From Candidatus Saccharimonadota bacterium (GTDB lineage Bacteria; Patescibacteriota; Gracilibacteria; UBA1369; 2-02-FULL-48-14): DNA of 32,000 nt. The notes under the pieces are model-generated. The model did no database searches and was not told the origin of the DNA. It saw only the letters and a list, made by a program, of their open reading frames with translations. Numbering within the stretch: the first letter of the stretch is position 1; each line of letters opens with the position of its first letter. A program made the position numbers and the translations under genes. Positions 24,799 through 32,000 of the stretch are shown here, in pieces. The DNA is taken from the NCBI GenBank assembly GCA_965230905.1, contig OZ246396.1, forward strand, positions 480,001 through 512,000, written 5' to 3'.

Positions 24799-26043
24799 AT
24801 GCCAAAGCACCGAATCATCGCCGGCCTCGATATTGGAAACTCCAAAATTCGCGTAGCCGTTGCCGTCATGGACGAGAACAGCACCACCCCCAATGTGATT
24901 GGAGTAGGGGTGTCGCCGTCTGGCGGACTCCGAAAGGGAAATATTATTGATGTGGAAGAAACCGTGGGCAACATTGCCTCGGCGCTTGAAGACGCGGAAC
25001 GAATGGCCGGAGAGCCCGTGCACAATGTGTTCTTGGGAATTTCCGGAGACCACATTTCGTCTATGGATTCTAAGGGCGTGATCGCTATTTCACACAGTGG
25101 AAATGAGATTATTGAAGACGATGTGGACCGAGTGCTCGAAGCGGCTCAAGCCGTGGCCATTCCCAACAACCGACGAATCCTTAGAATTATTCCAAAGAGC
25201 TTCACCGTGGATGAACAGACTGGAATTAAATACCCTGTGGGGATGACTGGAATTCGGCTCGAAGTGCTGGCTCACTTGGTGACCGGACTCGTGCCTGCCG
25301 TTAAGAACATTGAAAAGTGTGTGCATCAGGCTGGGGTGGACATCAACGATATTATTCCATGTGGCCTCGCGGCTGCGGAATCCGTGCTGACTAAACGACA
25401 AAAAGAACTCGGAACCGTGGTGATTGACGTGGGCAGCGGAGGGACGAACGTGGCTGTGTACGAAGAAGGAACTGTGCTGCACAGCGCGTCTTTGCCGGTT
25501 GGAGGAGACAACGTGACCAACGACATTGCGATTGGGCTGCGAACCTCTATTGATACCGCTGAAAAAATTAAGATCGAATACGGTTCTTGTATTCCTGAAG
25601 ACATTCACGACCGCGAAACCATCGACCTCTCTCTGCTTTCTAAAATCGACACGCAAACCGTTTCTAAGAAACAGCTCGCGGAAATCATCCAGGCTCGTTA
25701 CCACGAGATCTTCATGATGGTTAAGGATGAGCTTTCACGGGTACAACGTGACGGCATGCTGCCCGCTGGAGCGATTCTAGCCGGAGCAGCGGTGAAGATG
25801 CCGGGCGTGATAGACCTCGCTCGTGAGGTGCTGAATTTGCCCGTTCAAATTGGATTCCCAACGAACTACGAAGGAGTGGTGGATAAAATTGAAGACCCTG
25901 CTTATGCCAGCGTGATTGGACTTGTGATCTGGGGTTCCCGCTTTCAAGGCGAGGGCTACGGAAATCGTTTCAATTTCAAAAACATCAATATCGAAAAAGT
26001 AGGCCAAGGCCTCAAGAACTGGTTCCGCGGACTGCTCCCCTGA
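24799..26043 (+). CDS. ftsA: Cell division protein FtsA
   Basis: IIAGLDIGNSKIRVAV, VIDVGSGGTNVAVY and an actin-like fold pattern. Directly upstream of ftsZ. Confidence 0.9.
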   Translation: MPKHRIIAGLDIGNSKIRVAVAVMDENSTTPNVIGVGVSPSGGLRKGNIIDVEETVGNIASALEDAERMAGEPVHNVFLGISGDHISSMDSKGVIAISHSGNEIIEDDVDRVLEAAQAVAIPNNRRILRIIPKSFTVDEQTGIKYPVGMTGIRLEVLAHLVTGLVPAVKNIEKCVHQAGVDINDIIPCGLAAAESVLTKRQKELGTVVIDVGSGGTNVAVYEEGTVLHSASLPVGGDNVTNDIAIGLRTSIDTAEKIKIEYGSCIPEDIHDRETIDLSLLSKIDTQTVSKKQLAEIIQARYHEIFMMVKDELSRVQRDGMLPAGAILAGAAVKMPGVIDLAREVLNLPVQIGFPTNYEGVVDKIEDPAYASVIGLVIWGSRFQGEGYGNRFNFKNINIEKVGQGLKNWFRGLLP

Positions 26044-26109
26044 TTTCATTAAACACACTCGGCATTCCGCCGAGTAACGGTTTCCCCACCGATTTAACCC
26101 TTTATCTCT

Positions 26110-27318
26110 ATGGCCTCTCAACAAGGACAAGACGACAACCTGAAGAACCTTTTCTCAGGAAGTTCGTCCTCAAAAAGACGCAACTTTGAAGTCACTCCCG
26201 ACGTGACTCCGGTTGCCCGTATCAAAGTAATTGGCGTCGGAGGAGGAGGCGGAAACGCGCTCAACCGAATGATCCGTTCCAACATCAAAGGAATCGACTT
26301 CATTGCGATCAACACCGATGCACAAGCTCTGTATCACAGCGAAGCGGTTACCAAAATCAACATTGGTAAAGCAACGACTCGTGGACTTGGAGCAGGAAGC
26401 CACCCCGATGTGGGACGACAAGCGGCTGAAGAATCTTCTGAAGAAATCAAGCAAGCGATCGATGGAGCTGAAATGGTGTTCATCACCTGTGGACTTGGGG
26501 GAGGAACCGGAACCGGTGCTGCACCTGTGATTGCTGAGATCGCACGAGACCTTGGAATTTTGACCGTTGCCGTGGTGACGAAACCTTTCTCATTCGAAGG
26601 ACACCGACGACGCACGCAAGCGGAAGAAGGGCTCGAGAATTTGAAGAACAAAGTGGATACGCTCATCACGATTCCAAACGACAAGATCTTGTCTCTCATC
26701 GACAAAAAGACGCCTCTTACTGAAGCGTTCCAAGTAGTAGATGACGTACTGCGACAAGGTGTGCAAGGTATCTCCGATTTGATCACCGTACATGGAATGA
26801 TCAACGTGGACTTTGCCGACGTGAAAGCGATTATGGAAAATGCCGGATCTGCCCTCATGGGAATTGGATACGGTACTGGAGAAAACCGTGCTACCGAAGC
26901 GGCTCGCGCTGCGGTGGAAAGCCCACTTCTCGAGCTCGACATTCAAGGAGCGAAGGGAATTCTGTTCAACATCACGGGAGGAAGCGACCTATCTATGTTC
27001 GAGGTGGACGAAGCGGCTCGTATTATTACCGAGGCTGCCGACCCAGAAGCGAACATCATCTTCGGAGCGGTCATCAACGACTCGTACACTGGAGAAATCA
27101 AGATCACGGTGGTTGCTACCGGATTCGACGACATCAAGCGTGGCGTGCAGATTGCTCGTCCGCTCGGCGAATTCCGCCCGGCACAACAAAACGCGCCTAT
27201 GCAACGCCCAATGGCGCTGCAGGACAACCGTCCCAGCACTCCATCCATGCCTATGGGTGAAGACACGGGAAATGAATATGATATTCCAGCGTTCATAAGA
27301 CAGAAAATGCAAAAGTAA
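26110..27318 (+). CDS. ftsZ: Cell division protein FtsZ
   Basis: [17 protein letters not shown], the tubulin signature [13 protein letters not shown], and the C-terminal peptide DIPAFIRQK. Confidence 0.95.
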   Translation: MASQQGQDDNLKNLFSGSSSSKRRNFEVTPDVTPVARIKVIGVGGGGGNALNRMIRSNIKGIDFIAINTDAQALYHSEAVTKINIGKATTRGLGAGSHPDVGRQAAEESSEEIKQAIDGAEMVFITCGLGGGTGTGAAPVIAEIARDLGILTVAVVTKPFSFEGHRRRTQAEEGLENLKNKVDTLITIPNDKILSLIDKKTPLTEAFQVVDDVLRQGVQGISDLITVHGMINVDFADVKAIMENAGSALMGIGYGTGENRATEAARAAVESPLLELDIQGAKGILFNITGGSDLSMFEVDEAARIITEAADPEANIIFGAVINDSYTGEIKITVVATGFDDIKRGVQIARPLGEFRPAQQNAPMQRPMALQDNRPSTPSMPMGEDTGNEYDIPAFIRQKMQK

Positions 27319-27380
27319 ATTTAAGAGCCACCCGCTCAGCGTACATGAACTTTAACGCTTCCCGGGTGGCTCTTAAATTT
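27317..27380. repeat. 18-bp perfect inverted repeat (long hairpin) abutting the ftsZ stop codon
   Basis: AAATTTAAGAGCCACCCG (27317-27334) and CGGGTGGCTCTTAAATTT (27363-27380), with a 28-nt spacer that itself contains GCGT...ACGC. Confidence 0.8.
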
Positions 27381-27403
27381 CCCGGATAAAGGCAGGCGGC
27401 GCA

Positions 27404-27439
27404 CAAATAAAAAGAACCCCTTCGCAGGGGCTCTTTTTA
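27404..27439. terminator. Bidirectional rho-independent terminator (ftsZ / surface protein B)
   Basis: AGAACCCCT-TCGC-AGGGGCTCT stem-loop flanked by an A-run on the left and a T-run on the right. Confidence 0.7.
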
Positions 27440-27449
27440 AAGTTTCGAA

Positions 27450-28538
27450 CTAGTAAGTTAAGGTGTTCCCGGCAAGCGTGGTGCTGCTCACGTTTCCAAC
27501 CCATTTAGCGGTTGTGTTGGTGTCAGACCACCAGAATCCACCATTGGTGATCTTTCCTCCGGCGGCAGACCCCAGCTCTATAGAAACGGTCAGAGGATCA
27601 TCGACTCCCGCATCTTCGTTCAAAAGTGCTGAGGTGTTCAATTGGAGAGTCCAGTCTTCATCGTCAGACTTTGCTACTTCACCTGTGACCTTGAAGCTCA
27701 CCTGCGCCTGGGATGCATTGGTGAAGGTAACTGGGGAAGAAGCCATGGATGCACCCGTATCATCCAATAAGTAAGCGGTAATAGCAGCCGCAGTATCAAA
27801 ATCTCCATCAGAGGTGAGGTCTATGGTTACTTTTTTTGCGTCAACTTTTTCACTTGAATCGGCTGCAACATTGAAGATAAACATATTGTCTACCGATGAA
27901 ACGCTGCGCATGCCGGAAGGAGAGCTGGCGCTTAAGCTGAGTGTTGGCTTGGTTTCGTAGACGTGCATCAGGTTGGTCATTTTCAAATCGGCAGGCTTGC
28001 CGACTACAGAAACGGTTTTGTTGCTGGTCTGCCCTACTGCCACTGCACCGGGGGTAAGGTACAGGCGGATGGTTTCACCGGAATCTGCCCCGCCGCTGAC
28101 CACGTTCAAATCAACAAGGATGTCCATATCTACGGTATCGTCTTTAGGCACGTAGAGTTCAAGACCCGTGAAGGTGGCCACTCCTGTCGATAGAGATCCG
28201 GCTTCGGTTTGTGCGACTCCACTGCTATCTTCGTAGTTCAAATAAACTTTTAGGATGTTGTCGTCGGAAAGGCCTAGGTCATTTTTATTGTTTATTGTTA
28301 GGTCGGTGACCAGAAAAGCTTCTTTGTTGGAGGTGAATTGGTAGCTAGCGACTTCTACACCGCTATCACCTGCCACTACAATGTCTTCCCGAGGAGTACT
28401 GGGGCTAACAGCAGCGGTAATACTTGGAGCAGCACCGAAGCGGCCTTGAAGGCTTTCGAGATTGCCTGTTGCGTGAGCAACGACCCCCAGGGTTACTAAT
28501 ACACCAAGACCGGTGAGGACGATGGCTTTTGTTTTCAT
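27450..28538 (-). CDS. Secreted acidic Thr/Ser/Val/Asp-rich surface protein (family member B; S-layer/adhesin-like candidate)
   Basis: Signal peptide ...LGVVAHA|TG followed by NLESLQGRFGAAP. No Cys. C-terminal EDAGVDDPLTVSIE...LAGNTLTY. Strong promoter and terminator. Confidence 0.7.
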   Translation of the reverse strand: MKTKAIVLTGLGVLVTLGVVAHATGNLESLQGRFGAAPSITAAVSPSTPREDIVVAGDSGVEVASYQFTSNKEAFLVTDLTINNKNDLGLSDDNILKVYLNYEDSSGVAQTEAGSLSTGVATFTGLELYVPKDDTVDMDILVDLNVVSGGADSGETIRLYLTPGAVAVGQTSNKTVSVVGKPADLKMTNLMHVYETKPTLSLSASSPSGMRSVSSVDNMFIFNVAADSSEKVDAKKVTIDLTSDGDFDTAAAITAYLLDDTGASMASSPVTFTNASQAQVSFKVTGEVAKSDDEDWTLQLNTSALLNEDAGVDDPLTVSIELGSAAGGKITNGGFWWSDTNTTAKWVGNVSSTTLAGNTLTY

Positions 28539-28576
28539 TTTGTTTTACTTAAGGTTAAATTGAAATAAATCATGTC

Positions 28577-28605
28577 ATTATAACATGGGATGGGGCGGGC
28601 GTCAA
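28577..28605 (-). promoter_or_regulatory. Near-consensus promoter of surface protein B (TTGACG-17 nt-TATAAT, minus strand)
   Basis: The reverse complement of 28600-28605 is TTGACG and of 28577-28582 is TATAAT. Lies about 38 nt upstream of the ATG at 28538. Confidence 0.6.
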
Positions 28606-28619
28606 GACGGGCGCTGGCA

Positions 28620-28652
28620 CAAATAAAAAGAACCCCTGATTTTGTGGGTTCT
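28620..28652 (-). terminator. Rho-independent terminator of surface lipoprotein C
   Basis: Minus strand: AGAACCC-N10-GGGTTCT followed by TTTTATTTG. Confidence 0.65.
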
Positions 28653-28709
28653 TCTTACGGTTGCTTAGTCCGTGTATTATAACGGGCCAGTTTCCAATTT
28701 ATTACAAAA

Positions 28710-29246
28710 TTAGTAGATCAGTGCGTTTCCGGTGACGCTTTTCCCGTTGTGTTCCACCCTTACTGTGAGTGGATCGTCGTCTCCTGCATCTTCGGTAAGG
28801 ATTTCGCTTGTATTGGTCGTGATGGTGAAGGTCTTTGCAGTTCCTGCGGTGAGGCTTACGGCCTTTGTAGTGGTGATGACGGCGGTTCCTTCACTTGGAT
28901 TGCTTGGGTCCACTAGGGCGAAAGTGCCGGTTCCAATCGTAGTAGCGCCGTCTTTCAAAGATACCGTGGTTCCATCTGCAAGGGGGTCTAGGTCTAGATC
29001 GGTGGCAAAGCTGACTATAAAAATGGATCCTAGGGTTAACCCGTTGTCTGTTGGCAGGGTCATGTCGAAGTAAAGCACACTGTCGCTAGCGGACACTGCG
29101 TAAGACCCGCTGGGGCTGCTTGGGGAAAGCGTCATCTCCCATGCTTTAGTTGGTTTTCCAAATCTTCCTTGGAGGTCTTCTCCTTGGGGCATACAGGACG
29201 TCAGCAAAAGGGCGCTGAGCATGGTGAGGGCGAGGAGTTTTTTCAT
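28710..29246 (-). CDS. Surface lipoprotein (family member C, single-domain paralog of B C-terminal half)
   Basis: Lipobox LLTSC|M, then PQGEDLQGRFGKP. C-terminal EDAGDDDPLTVRVE...TGNALIY. LSPSSPSGSYAVSASDSVLYF parallels B LSASSPSGMRSVSSVDNMFIF. Confidence 0.7.
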   Translation of the reverse strand: MKKLLALTMLSALLLTSCMPQGEDLQGRFGKPTKAWEMTLSPSSPSGSYAVSASDSVLYFDMTLPTDNGLTLGSIFIVSFATDLDLDPLADGTTVSLKDGATTIGTGTFALVDPSNPSEGTAVITTTKAVSLTAGTAKTFTITTNTSEILTEDAGDDDPLTVRVEHNGKSVTGNALIY

Positions 29247-29308
29247 GGCGTGAAGTTAGTGTGGCTAGAGTCTACTAGTTGGCGCGATTGTCTGCTAGAC
29301 TAAGTGGG

Positions 29309-30289
29309 ATGGATACACGAATTATAAGATCGGACGAGAGGGCGGCCTGGGATAAAATGGTGGCGGCACATCCGCATGGGGGCGTGGAGCAAAGTTTTGA
29401 ATGGGGCGAGCTGCAAACACGCATTCCGGGAAGGCCGGCTTTTTATGCGCTGGGGATTTTTGAGGGGACGATTTTGGTCGGTGGAATGCTGGTGATTCGG
29501 CAAGAAATGGGCGGCGGAAAGAGCTGGCTCTGGTGCCCGCGTGGGCCACTTTTGGCAGAAGGGAGGGGTTGGAACGAGTTGTTGGCGGCGGTGACTGTTT
29601 TGGCTAAAAAAAGTGGCGATGTGTTTTTGCGGATTGAACCTGGCGTGCCGGTGGAAGAGGCGTTTGTTGTGGAGGGAAAGGCAACGGAAAATCGTTACTT
29701 TCCTGAGCATACTTTGGTGCTGGACTTGACGCTTTCCGAAGAAGATTTACTCGCGCAGATGACGCAAAAGGGAAGGTACAATATTAAGCAGGCGGAGAAG
29801 CAGGGCGTGACCGTGAGTGAGGTGGGCGCGGAGGGGGCAGAGGACTTTTACAAACTACTGGCGGACACCGCGGAGCGGGATGCGTTCTCGGTACACAAAG
29901 CGCATTTTTATGAAGATTTTTTGGAGAGCTTGGCCGGGAAATTGTATTTGGCGCAACAGGATGGCGAAGTGGTGGCGGGCATGCTGGTGACGAATTTTGG
30001 CGAAACGGCGACGTATTACTTTGGCGCGTCTTCGAGCGCACACCGCGACAGCAAGGCGCCGTATTTGCTGCAGTGGACGGCCATTCGGGATGCACGGCGA
30101 GCGGGTCTGAAGATGTATGACTTTTTGGGCGTGGCGCCGGAAGGCGATGAGCGGCATGCGTGGAGTGGTGTGACGCAATTTAAAACCCGCTTCGGTGGGA
30201 AGCGGGTTTCGTATCATTCTTCGCAGGTTTTTGTGTTCAGGCCTTTTTGGTGGACGCTTTACCGGCTAGCCAAGTTGTTTAGGCTTTAG
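29309..30289 (+). CDS. FemAB-family peptidoglycan interpeptide-bridge aminoacyltransferase
   Basis: From ATG 29309: QSFEWGELQ, GGMLVIRQ, KGRYNIKQAEKQGV, YYFGASS..HRDSKAPYLLQWTAIRDARRAGLKMYDFLGV. Confidence 0.8.
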   Translation: MDTRIIRSDERAAWDKMVAAHPHGGVEQSFEWGELQTRIPGRPAFYALGIFEGTILVGGMLVIRQEMGGGKSWLWCPRGPLLAEGRGWNELLAAVTVLAKKSGDVFLRIEPGVPVEEAFVVEGKATENRYFPEHTLVLDLTLSEEDLLAQMTQKGRYNIKQAEKQGVTVSEVGAEGAEDFYKLLADTAERDAFSVHKAHFYEDFLESLAGKLYLAQQDGEVVAGMLVTNFGETATYYFGASSSAHRDSKAPYLLQWTAIRDARRAGLKMYDFLGVAPEGDERHAWSGVTQFKTRFGGKRVSYHSSQVFVFRPFWWTLYRLAKLFRL

Positions 30290-30813
30290 CCACGGCGTGG
30301 TAGTTGGCTGGCCTTTAAATTGTCGTGTTTATACATTAGCCCCGCTGCTGGAGAGGTGTAGATGCTATTGAACGCAGCCTGAAGAGGTGCGGTTGCCTGT
30401 TTCCACTCTGCGAGATTTTTAGCTTTATAGTATGTAACGCTGCCTCCTCGATTGCCGCCGAGTCCACGGTTGTGGTTAATATCAAGGTCCTGTCCCAGCT
30501 GACTAGCAATTTCTTTTATAGCTGACTGACTTGGGATGGCTCCGGTTGTGGTGGTATCTCCGGTTAATGCTTCCTCTACGTCATGTCGTCCATGTTTTCC
30601 CACAAGGGTCAGTATCGTCTGGGTATTTGTGTCAATGCTAAGCTCTCGATCTGAATCTTCAGACCCTTGACTGTCTTGAGTTGCGTCAGGTGACCAGCCG
30701 AGTACATCTGCATTTATAGGTTCGTCTTCGCTGCTTCCTTCTACATCGGTTCCGTCTTTCATGGTATCTTGGTTAATTGTCAGTATTCTACGACTTTTTG
30801 TACGAACTGTCAA
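30286..30813 (-). CDS. Hypothetical acidic protein
   Basis: 175-aa ORF and the only long ORF in this interval. Its stop overlaps the femAB stop (TTAG). No signal peptide or known motif. Confidence 0.4.
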   Translation of the reverse strand: MTVRTKSRRILTINQDTMKDGTDVEGSSEDEPINADVLGWSPDATQDSQGSEDSDRELSIDTNTQTILTLVGKHGRHDVEEALTGDTTTTGAIPSQSAIKEIASQLGQDLDINHNRGLGGNRGGSVTYYKAKNLAEWKQATAPLQAAFNSIYTSPAAGLMYKHDNLKASQLPRRG

Positions 30814-30827
30814 GTCGGCCGGCTAGG

Positions 30828-31313
30828 CTATTTCTTCTTTGGCTTCTTTTCTTCGATCTCGTGCGCGCGGTCGATGAAGAGTTTTCCATCTAAATGATCG
30901 ACTTCGTGTTGAATGATGCGGGCGTTGAAATGGTCGAGGAGCAGGCTTTGTTCCTGGCCTTTAATATTCATGAAGCGGACCATCAAATGAGCGTGGCGCA
31001 TCACTTTTCCCCACATGCCGCGCAAGCTGAGGCAGCCTTCTTCACCGTCTTCCATTTCTTCGGAGGCGTCTACGATTTCTGGGTTGATGATGGGGAAGAC
31101 GATCTCGTTTTTTTCGCCGGGGTTGAGGCGCACAATTGCCATGCGAATGTTGCGGCCGCACTGGGGCGCCGCGATGCCTACGCCGTTTTCGGCGAACATG
31201 GTCTTGGTCATTTCTTGCGCGAATTTGCGGATTTCGGGCGTGACTTTAGCCACACGTTTGGAAACCGTGCGGAGGATAGTGTTATCGGAGCCTTTTTCAA
31301 CAGGAATTGCCAT
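30828..31313 (-). CDS. def: Peptide deformylase
   Basis: GIAAPQCG, EGCLSLRG and HEVDHLDG, the three canonical motifs. Confidence 0.9.
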   Translation of the reverse strand: MAIPVEKGSDNTILRTVSKRVAKVTPEIRKFAQEMTKTMFAENGVGIAAPQCGRNIRMAIVRLNPGEKNEIVFPIINPEIVDASEEMEDGEEGCLSLRGMWGKVMRHAHLMVRFMNIKGQEQSLLLDHFNARIIQHEVDHLDGKLFIDRAHEIEEKKPKKK

Positions 31314-31333
31314 GATGCAAGGACTTTAGCAGG

Positions 31334-31519
31334 TCAGCGGATGGTCGGCAATCCGTCCTTCTTTTCTTCGTTTAGTTCAGCGAAACCCTTTTCGAAAATT
31401 CGCTTAACGGCAATCGTTATAAGGAGGATAGCGCGCGCATGGCCCACGGGGTCTTTAACTACACTACGCAGGATGGGGCCGTTTCGTTTTGTGGCTTCTT
31501 GAACGGGTGCTTCTTCCAT
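31334..31519 (-). CDS. Small hypothetical protein
   Basis: 61-aa ORF co-oriented between prfB and def. No motif recognised. Confidence 0.3.
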   Translation of the reverse strand: MEEAPVQEATKRNGPILRSVVKDPVGHARAILLITIAVKRIFEKGFAELNEEKKDGLPTIR

Positions 31520-31541
31520 TTTATATAGAGGTGGGCTGGGC

Positions 31542-31736
31542 TTATTGTTTTGACTCTGTGGGCCCTACCTTAGCTGTGGAAAGGATCTGTTGAGCCCTCT
31601 GCTCTATAAAACGAGCGAACTGAGCTGAATTCGCTCCAGCCTGAAGAGCAGGGGCTCCGGTTGGAGCGCTAGCACTCAAGAGTTGTGTTAGGGTTGGTTG
31701 GGAGATAAGAGCGTGGTCTTGTTTGAGTGCGGTCAT
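31542..31736 (-). CDS. Small hypothetical protein (Ala/Gln-rich)
   Basis: 64-aa ORF co-oriented, ending 9 nt after the prfB stop region. No motif recognised. Confidence 0.3.
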   Translation of the reverse strand: MTALKQDHALISQPTLTQLLSASAPTGAPALQAGANSAQFARFIEQRAQQILSTAKVGPTESKQ

Positions 31737-31745
31737 AGGATTGGT

Positions 31746-32000
31746 TTAAGGCTTGGATTTTAGACTGGCTTCTATGAATCCGTCAAGGTCTCCGTTGAGG
31801 ACTTTGTCCACTTGGCTGGTTTCGTAATCGGTGCGGTGGTCTTTAACCATTTGATAGGGCTGGAGAACATAGGAGCGGATTTGGTTGCCCCAGGAGTGCT
31901 GCACGTGGTCGCCGCGGATTTCTTGGATGGTGTCGAGGTGGTTTTGTTCCTGCAGGGCGAGGAGTTTGGTCTTCAGAGTTTTAAGGGCGTTTTCGCGGTT
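31746..32000 (-). CDS. prfB: Peptide chain release factor 2, C-terminal part (5' end outside window)
   Basis: Not in the ORF track because no start lies in the window. My minus-strand translation reads ...[50 protein letters not shown], an RF2-type C-terminus (IRSYVL, FIEASLK). Stop TAA at 31746-31748. Confidence 0.85.
   Translation of the reverse strand, partial: NRENALKTLKTKLLALQEQNHLDTIQEIRGDHVQHSWGNQIRSYVLQPYQMVKDHRTDYETSQVDKVLNGDLDGFIEASLKSKP

Noticed and set aside
1-32000. CRISPR array, diversity-generating retroelement, prophage or transposon
   Set aside because: There are no regularly spaced direct repeats, no reverse transcriptase, cas, phage structural or transposase ORFs, and no template/variable repeat pair. 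The only repeated sequences are the short elements reported above.

Overview
Densely coding 32-kb chromosomal segment: about 48 CDS and one tRNA-Asp. I saw no rRNA, CRISPR array, transposase, integrase or reverse transcriptase. The standard genetic code fits, since TGA stops give homolog-sized proteins.

Housekeeping content: rny, a NifS/IscS-type cysteine desulfurase, hpf, a PduO-type adenosyltransferase, a DAG/lipid kinase, a DnaQ-like exonuclease, a GT4 glycosyltransferase, DUF721/dciA, rpsP plus a KH protein, a stand-alone 5'-3' exonuclease, ftsA-ftsZ, a FemAB-family transferase, def, and the 3' end of prfB. Together with T4SS-pilin-like and bPH membrane proteins, this looks like a reduced-genome bacterium with a Gram-positive-type envelope. 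It is plausibly Patescibacteria/CPR, but that is inference only.

Accessory content: two PIN-domain toxin-antitoxin cassettes, a class II Fic protein, and a truncated glycogen-synthase-like half-protein.

The candidates most worth follow-up are:
1. A three-member family of secreted or lipid-anchored beta-rich proteins (21131-22030, 27450-28538, 28710-29246). They share a conserved post-signal-peptide motif LQG[RA]F[GP]. Two of them also share the C-terminal signature EDAGxDDPLTV...GN[AT]L[IT]Y. Both motifs are kept despite synonymous codon divergence.
2. An uncharacterised operon (22153-24543) encoding a Cys-rich lipoprotein and two divergent paralogs that look like TauD/TfdA-type Fe(II)/2-oxoglutarate dioxygenases. 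It sits inside that surface-protein locus, directly upstream of ftsA-ftsZ.
3. An orphan module of an RnfD/NqrB-like membrane protein, an FMN-binding lipoprotein and ApbE (9171-11455), with a non-canonical flavin acceptor motif.

Several intergenic palindromes and hairpins are also reported, including a covarying 16-nt palindrome found at two loci. All functional calls rest on motifs read by eye and remembered family signatures. No database search was run.
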